From Dudresnaya verticillata (Eukaryota): DNA of 64,000 nucleotides. Positions 58,593 to 64,000 of this stretch are shown piece after piece. Where the stretch lies: contig OZ374562.1 of NCBI GenBank assembly GCA_977862235.1, positions 1,240,001-1,304,000 on the forward strand, read 5' to 3'. A program made the translations under genes and the position numbers. The notes under the pieces were generated by a model, which saw only the letters and a program-made list of their open reading frames with translations, was not told the DNA's origin and did no database searches. The number at the start of each line of letters is the position of its first letter. Within the stretch, counting starts at the first letter, position 1.

Positions 58593-61500
58593 TTAGAGGG
58601 GAATGCCCCGTTTGCGGTGGTACCTTGCCACAAGGTTGTGTGGGAGGTTCTCCCATGGTTCCCACGTGTCGTCAGCGGCCAAGCGCTGATGCCAGCGGAT
58701 CTTATACCGCGCCGACTCGGGGTCATAGGACACGATCCGATCATAGACATGCTCACGCGGGGGAGGGCGCTGATAGCGCGAGAAGCGGTGCTCCGCTGGT
58801 GAACTCTCAGGCCCTTGCTCAGGGTCTTCTCCCTCAACGGCGGGCAGAGTGGCGTTAGTGGGATTTGTCTGTACCGGATGTAGCGCGGTCAAGGGCGTGG
58901 TTCCCGACTCGATGGGGCTTGGGCCAGTAGCCGGATTCGCCTCCATGATATTAGGGGCTTCACCCCGAGCATCCAGTGGCTGCTCAGGGGGAGAAGCTAG
59001 CGTCACTCTGTCTAGTGAGACTGATTCCCGTTCGCCCTTGACTTCCAGGACCAAAACGTGCGTGCCACGATCCACCATCTTATATGGGCCCAGCGCCTTA
59101 GGAAACAGTTTGCCTTCGCGATCCACGCCATCCGCGTCTTTCACCCGAGTCTCGCGCTCGAGGAATACCCAGCTGCCAACTCGAATATTCCGGTTCGCAG
59201 GGGGAACACTTCGATTGAAGTCCGCTTGATAGCGCTTCTGCGCGAGCCTCAAACGAGGGAGAGCTGTGTCCATCATCCACTGTAATCGCTCTGATAAGCG
59301 TTTCTTGACATTAGTCGCGGGGACGTTAGCAACCTCCACCATCTCGGATCGCTCCAGTAGCAGGGAGTTCGGTGGATTTGAGATCACCAGATCGAAAGGG
59401 GATAGCCCCGTGGCTTTGTGTACAGCAGTTTTGCACGCAAACGTGAGCGCGTTAGAAAACTCATCCCAGTCGCGCTGACTCTCAGCGATAAAATGCCTTA
59501 GCCCGGCTAGAATGGTGCGGTTAAAACGTTCGGTCTGGCCGTTACTTTGCGGGTGGTAGGTAGACGTAAATAGATTACGCACTCGCAGAATGCTGCAGAT
59601 GTTCATGAAGAACTTTGAAGCTAACTGGGACCCATTGTCCGATAGCACATACCGCGGCGGTCCATAGACATAAACCCAGTGGCCGCAGAAGGCCTTAGCA
59701 ACGGTATAGGCCGTAATTGTCTTGAGCGGAACGGTCCGGGTTAACTTTGAGAAGCGATCCGTAATCACGAGCAAGTACTCATTTCCCTTGCTTGACTTGG
59801 TCAATGGACCTAAAATGTCAATCCCGACAAACTCCAATGGATCAGTGGCTGGGAAGAGCTTGAGAAACGAAGTATGTTTTCTGAGCTTGACTCGTTCTTT
59901 CGCACATTGTAAGAAATTCCGAACAGTGGAGTAGACGGCTAAGGCCATATCTGGCCAATACACTTGTCGGCGCAGGTTGTGAAACATACGGGTTCCCCCA
60001 GGGTGGCCAGCTAGGGCCAGATAATGGGCCCAGTGTATCACCCTTTCGCGAGGGGTCGCGGGTATGAGAATCTGGATGGATCCATCCACATAAGCCTTAC
60101 GGGCGAGGAGCCCTCGTTCTTCTTCCAAGTAACGTCCGGGGCTTCCCATATCAAGGCGCTTCTCCAAGTCTTGTCAGAACGAGTCTCGCTTTTGCTCTCG
60201 GAGCAGCTCCTCTACAGTCACTTGAGACACGCTGCCCTCGTCTGCTCGCTTCTCCGCCGCGGTGGTGATGAGTATCTTGTCCATGTAACTGTATCCCTCG
60301 ATGGGTTCGACTTCCCATGCCTCTAGGGGCTCTACTTTTGTGGGTATGTCCGCGGGCACCATTCTCTCCACTGAAGTCCTTCGGTCTGAACCGTCTTCCT
60401 CTTCGAGTATGAAGAAAGGCATCTCGAGATCAGGCTCCTTGTGGGTATATCCCCACCTCGGGAGGCGGGACACTGCGTCGGCAATCTGGTTCTTACGCCC
60501 CGTCCGATATTGGACCGTAAAGTCATATTCTAAAAGGCGAAGCCTCCATCTCGCCAAGCGTCCTGACGCGTCAGACATACTCATGATCCAGCGTAGCGCT
60601 TGATGATCCGTGAAAAGATCGAAGTGAGACCGTTCCAAGTAGGGTCGCAATATCTGTACTGCCCATACGACTGCGAGACACTCTTTCTCTCCGACTGAGT
60701 AGTTCTTCTCAGCCTTCGTCAGCGAACGGCTCCAGAAACCAATAGGGTGTCGGTCACCGTTCTCATCGGTCTGCACCAGGGCACAGCCAACTTGATAGTC
60801 GCGAGCGTCGGTGTCGACTGATAATTGGCGTCCCACTTGCGGTAGTTGGAGTATGGGCGGAGCCACGAGTGCTTTCTTCAGAAGCGAGAAGGAATCTATT
60901 TGTTCCTCGTTGAACGTCGGGGGATTGAAATTCACTGTCTTCTGCAGTAATGCATTAAGCGGAGCAGCGACTCTCGCAAAGTTGGGCACGAACCGTCTAT
61001 AGACGTTACACAAGCCGAGGAAAGAGCGTAACTGCGTTTGCGTACTTGGTTCCCTAAACCCGTCGATGGCTTGTGTGTTCTTCGAGGCGGCCTCCAGGAG
61101 ATCAGGGCGGACCACGTGTCCCAGATAATCGACGCCCTCCGCGAAGAAGTTACATTTCTTCAACTTCAACGATACTCCTGCGTTCTGGAGCACCTCCAAG
61201 ATTTCCTTTACGTGAGCAAGGTGCTCTTTGACGCTTTTGGAGAAGATGATGATATCATCCAGATTTACCGAGCACGACTTCCATCTGAATCCAGACAGGA
61301 GAATGTCGACCGTTCGCTGGAACGCGGCTGGTGCATTACATAGCCCAAAGCGCATGCGGCAAAATTGGAAGCATCCAGCGTGACAAGTGAACGCCGTCTT
61401 CGGCTGGTCTTCCTTGGCGACCGGTATCTGCCAGTAGCCAGAATTACAATCAAGCGTTGTGAAGAATTGGGCATCTCCCAGAGATTCCAGACACTCGTCC

Positions 61501-62960
61501 ATACGAGCCAAAGGATAGGAATCCTTGATCGTTACTGCAGTAAGCTTTCGATAGTCGACGCAAAAGCGTAAGGAGCCATCAGGCTTATTGACCAGCACGA
61601 CTGGGCTCGCGAATTCCGACCGAGCGGGTTGTATGACCCCTGCTTCCAACATCTTGGTCACTTCCGCTTGTTCAGCCTGTCTAGCTTTGGGACCTGCCCT
61701 GTAGGGTTGTGAGAAGACGGGTTTCTTCCCTGGCTTGAGCTAGATACGGTGCTCCGTGACTTTGATAGTCCCGAGTTTACCACTCCACATTTCCGAGAAT
61801 GGCCGGAGCATCTTGCGTACTTGACGCTGATCCTTTGGTTCCAGATGTGAAAGCTTTAGGTCTTCGACCTTTATGTTGGCGACCGAGGCCTTAATGCCTG
61901 GTTTTGGATCCGTATTCGGAGAAAAGGCAGCAGAAAGCCCTGCCCCCACACATCGAGCGATCGCTCGTCGGGTTCGTGAGGAGCGAATGAGGCGTCCTCG
62001 AAGGACATAGCGTAAACCGGGGTGGTGGACGGAGCCGGAATGGCGTGTCCAATCTTCTGGCGTTTGGCCCGGCGCTGCGGCCCTCTAGAGAAATTGGCGA
62101 CCTTGGCCCGGAACGGCCGGTTAGGTTGCATGTCGATGATGCCATTGGTAGCGACGAGACCCTGGCGGTCGTAGAGCTGCTGGAATGAATCCATGAAGTG
62201 TGCACCTCGAGCCGGGCACGTGACCGTGAGCCATGCTTCTGATGCTGCGGGTATAACAACCGAATGTGCCACGTGGAGGTGTGGCGGTTCGGGAGGAGCT
62301 GTGGGGACGTCTTGTGGTTCCTCGGGGCGCGAAGCGCGTGGAAGTCCGCATCGTCGGCGTAATATCGGGTGGATGGACCCATCACGCAAGACGGCGCGTT
62401 GGCGCTTGATTCGTAAGTTATCGATATGGTGGTCGATGAAGGTAAAACCTAGGATCACATCCACTGCGAGTGCTCGGACGAAGATGAAAGGTTGCCGGAC
62501 CGTGTAGGTTCCGATTCGAACATACAGGGAGATAGTCTCTAAGGTAGTTAGTTTGTGTCGTGAGGCGGAAGTTAGATTCACGATGGACCGGCCAGAAGCG
62601 ATCTTCTTTTGATCCTCCGAGGAAAGAGCACCAGCTCGCATGAGGTTTGGGCCTGCCCCTGTATCCAGGACCTAAAGGACGCGAGAGAGTTCGTCAAGAG
62701 AGGTCCCAATGGACGCTGCCACTTTATAGTTATATCGCGACAGCGCGCATATTGGATCCTTACAATACTCATCAAAAGTTCGTCCTCGAGGCAGCCTCGA
62801 GGGCGAGGTAAGATCTTCCTCGGGAGGAAGTGTGCTTCTGCTTCCGGTTCCGGCCGATCCGGGAAGAACGGGGACGGATGGTCGTCCGCGCTCGATCGGT
62901 CGGGGGACCCCGGGTCGCGTAACAAGAGCTGCGGTTCGAAGGGGTCCAAGGTCCCCCAGT
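58593..62960 (-). pseudogene. pol: Gypsy D pol (PR-RT-RH-IN-chromodomain)
   Basis: [10 protein letters not shown] (~62670); [54 protein letters not shown]; chromodomain YKIRWH...DTWEPWENL. Confidence 0.94.
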
Positions 62961-64000
62961 CTAGTTTTCCGGCACACGGCCGTTTCTTGCTGATGGGGAT
63001 GCCGGTAAAGGCGGAGGAGGTGGGAACGGTCTGCCACTCGGGCGAGGAGAGCGGGGATTACTCCGCGGCCTATCCAAAGGATGGTTGAGCGCTCCGGCGA
63101 ACTGCACCTGGGGACCTGCCGTTCGGGGTGCCCCCCTGTTCTCCGGGTGAGGGCTGGCCGTTCCCTCGTTGAAATGTCGACGTGAATTTTGAGGACCTAG
63201 ATCCGAGCGACGCATCTCATTCGCGAATGATGGCGAACGGCCCACGATGGACCGCCATTCCCGTTGCTCCCTGGAGAGTTGTGCGTAGTGGTTACGTAGT
63301 ATCTGTGAGAAGCTGCGCTCGTCTGTTCGTGCCAGATATGGGCAATTGGGCTTTTTATGCCCGATACCCAGACATTCGAAGCAGATGTCATTTGGCCTAT
63401 CCTCCACCACTAGCCAGCAGGGACGCTGTGTGCGAGATGGTTGGGCCCACGAGGGAAGCCTCGGATTCCGGTTGGATAGTACCGCACTGACGGAGTCGTA
63501 ATAGCTGTCCGTAGCGTCAGACGGGGCTGTGGACCAAACGCCCGAAGTTGTTACGGACGAATCCGGCGCTTGGTTGTCGATGGCGGCCACCACGGCGTCC
63601 TCAGAATCGGAGCTAGTCCTTGTAGAGCCACCACTGTCACTTGACGCGACCTCAGTGTTGGGACGTCCCTGCCTGACCAGCAGCGCCCGGCCGGCCTTCT
63701 TGGGTTTAATGGAGGACTTTTTTCGCAACATCGAAGTAACAGAGACACGTTCTCGACGACCAGCGCCCATGAGGGCCCGGTGTGAGTCACCTTGGGCATT
63801 AGGCAAGTCCACATAGTCGGCAAGCCTAGCCGTTCGTGGGTCCAAACCCGAATTGCTCAGTAACGGCTTTGTGGCCGGCAAGAGTCCACGGATGAACCCG
63901 GTAATCAGATCCTGTTCTGTATACACACCCGCGACCTTTCGAGCCTTATTCTGGAGGCGCCGTGAGAAGGTCACTTCGTTCCCGTCCTCAGCTTATATCA
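62961..64000 (-). CDS. gag: Gypsy D gag, C-terminal part
   Basis: FIRGLLP capsid motif, CCHC knuckle CFECLGIGHKKPNC, ends PEN-stop; open to the window edge. Confidence 0.88.

Larger units (their letters stand above)
54321..64000 (-). mobile_element. Ty3/gypsy element D (related to C); 5' end lies beyond the window
   Basis: 3' LTR 54321-54919, PPT-like CTTACGAGGGGATCCG, antisense ORF, pol and gag. Confidence 0.92.

Overview
Eukaryotic, transposon-dense window. Intronless host genes and the TE repertoire suggest a florideophyte red alga, but this is an inference and is not confirmed. The first ~11.5 kb holds two tandem paralogous genes for an unknown Cys-rich multi-pass membrane protein. From 11751 to 34788 is a nest of insertions, four of the five bounded by intact target-site duplications (TSDs). 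Ty3/gypsy chromovirus A (TSD TTCTC) has its 3' LTR split by a PIF/Harbinger-type transposon (TIR AGAGAGATTACG, TSD AAT) and by a solo LTR (TSD TAGAA). The Harbinger carries full-length gypsy B (896-bp LTRs, TSD CTCAC) and a TSD-less solo LTR. Further right are a deleted gypsy C, two tail-to-tail LINEs, a second Harbinger-type transposase pseudogene, and gypsy D, which runs off the window. Two signals stand out, both accessory genes carried by retrotransposons. (1) B, C and D each carry a ~700-750-codon ANTISENSE ORF between pol and the 3' LTR; the three share an N-terminal domain I do not recognise, and C and D end in SUMO-site plus SIM motifs. (2) A carries an extra ORF upstream of gag with two C-x2-C-x12-H-x5-H zinc fingers (matrin/U1/JAZ, dsRNA-binding type). 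Both are candidate TE-encoded anti-silencing factors (hypothesis). No CRISPR, rRNA or tRNA genes were seen.
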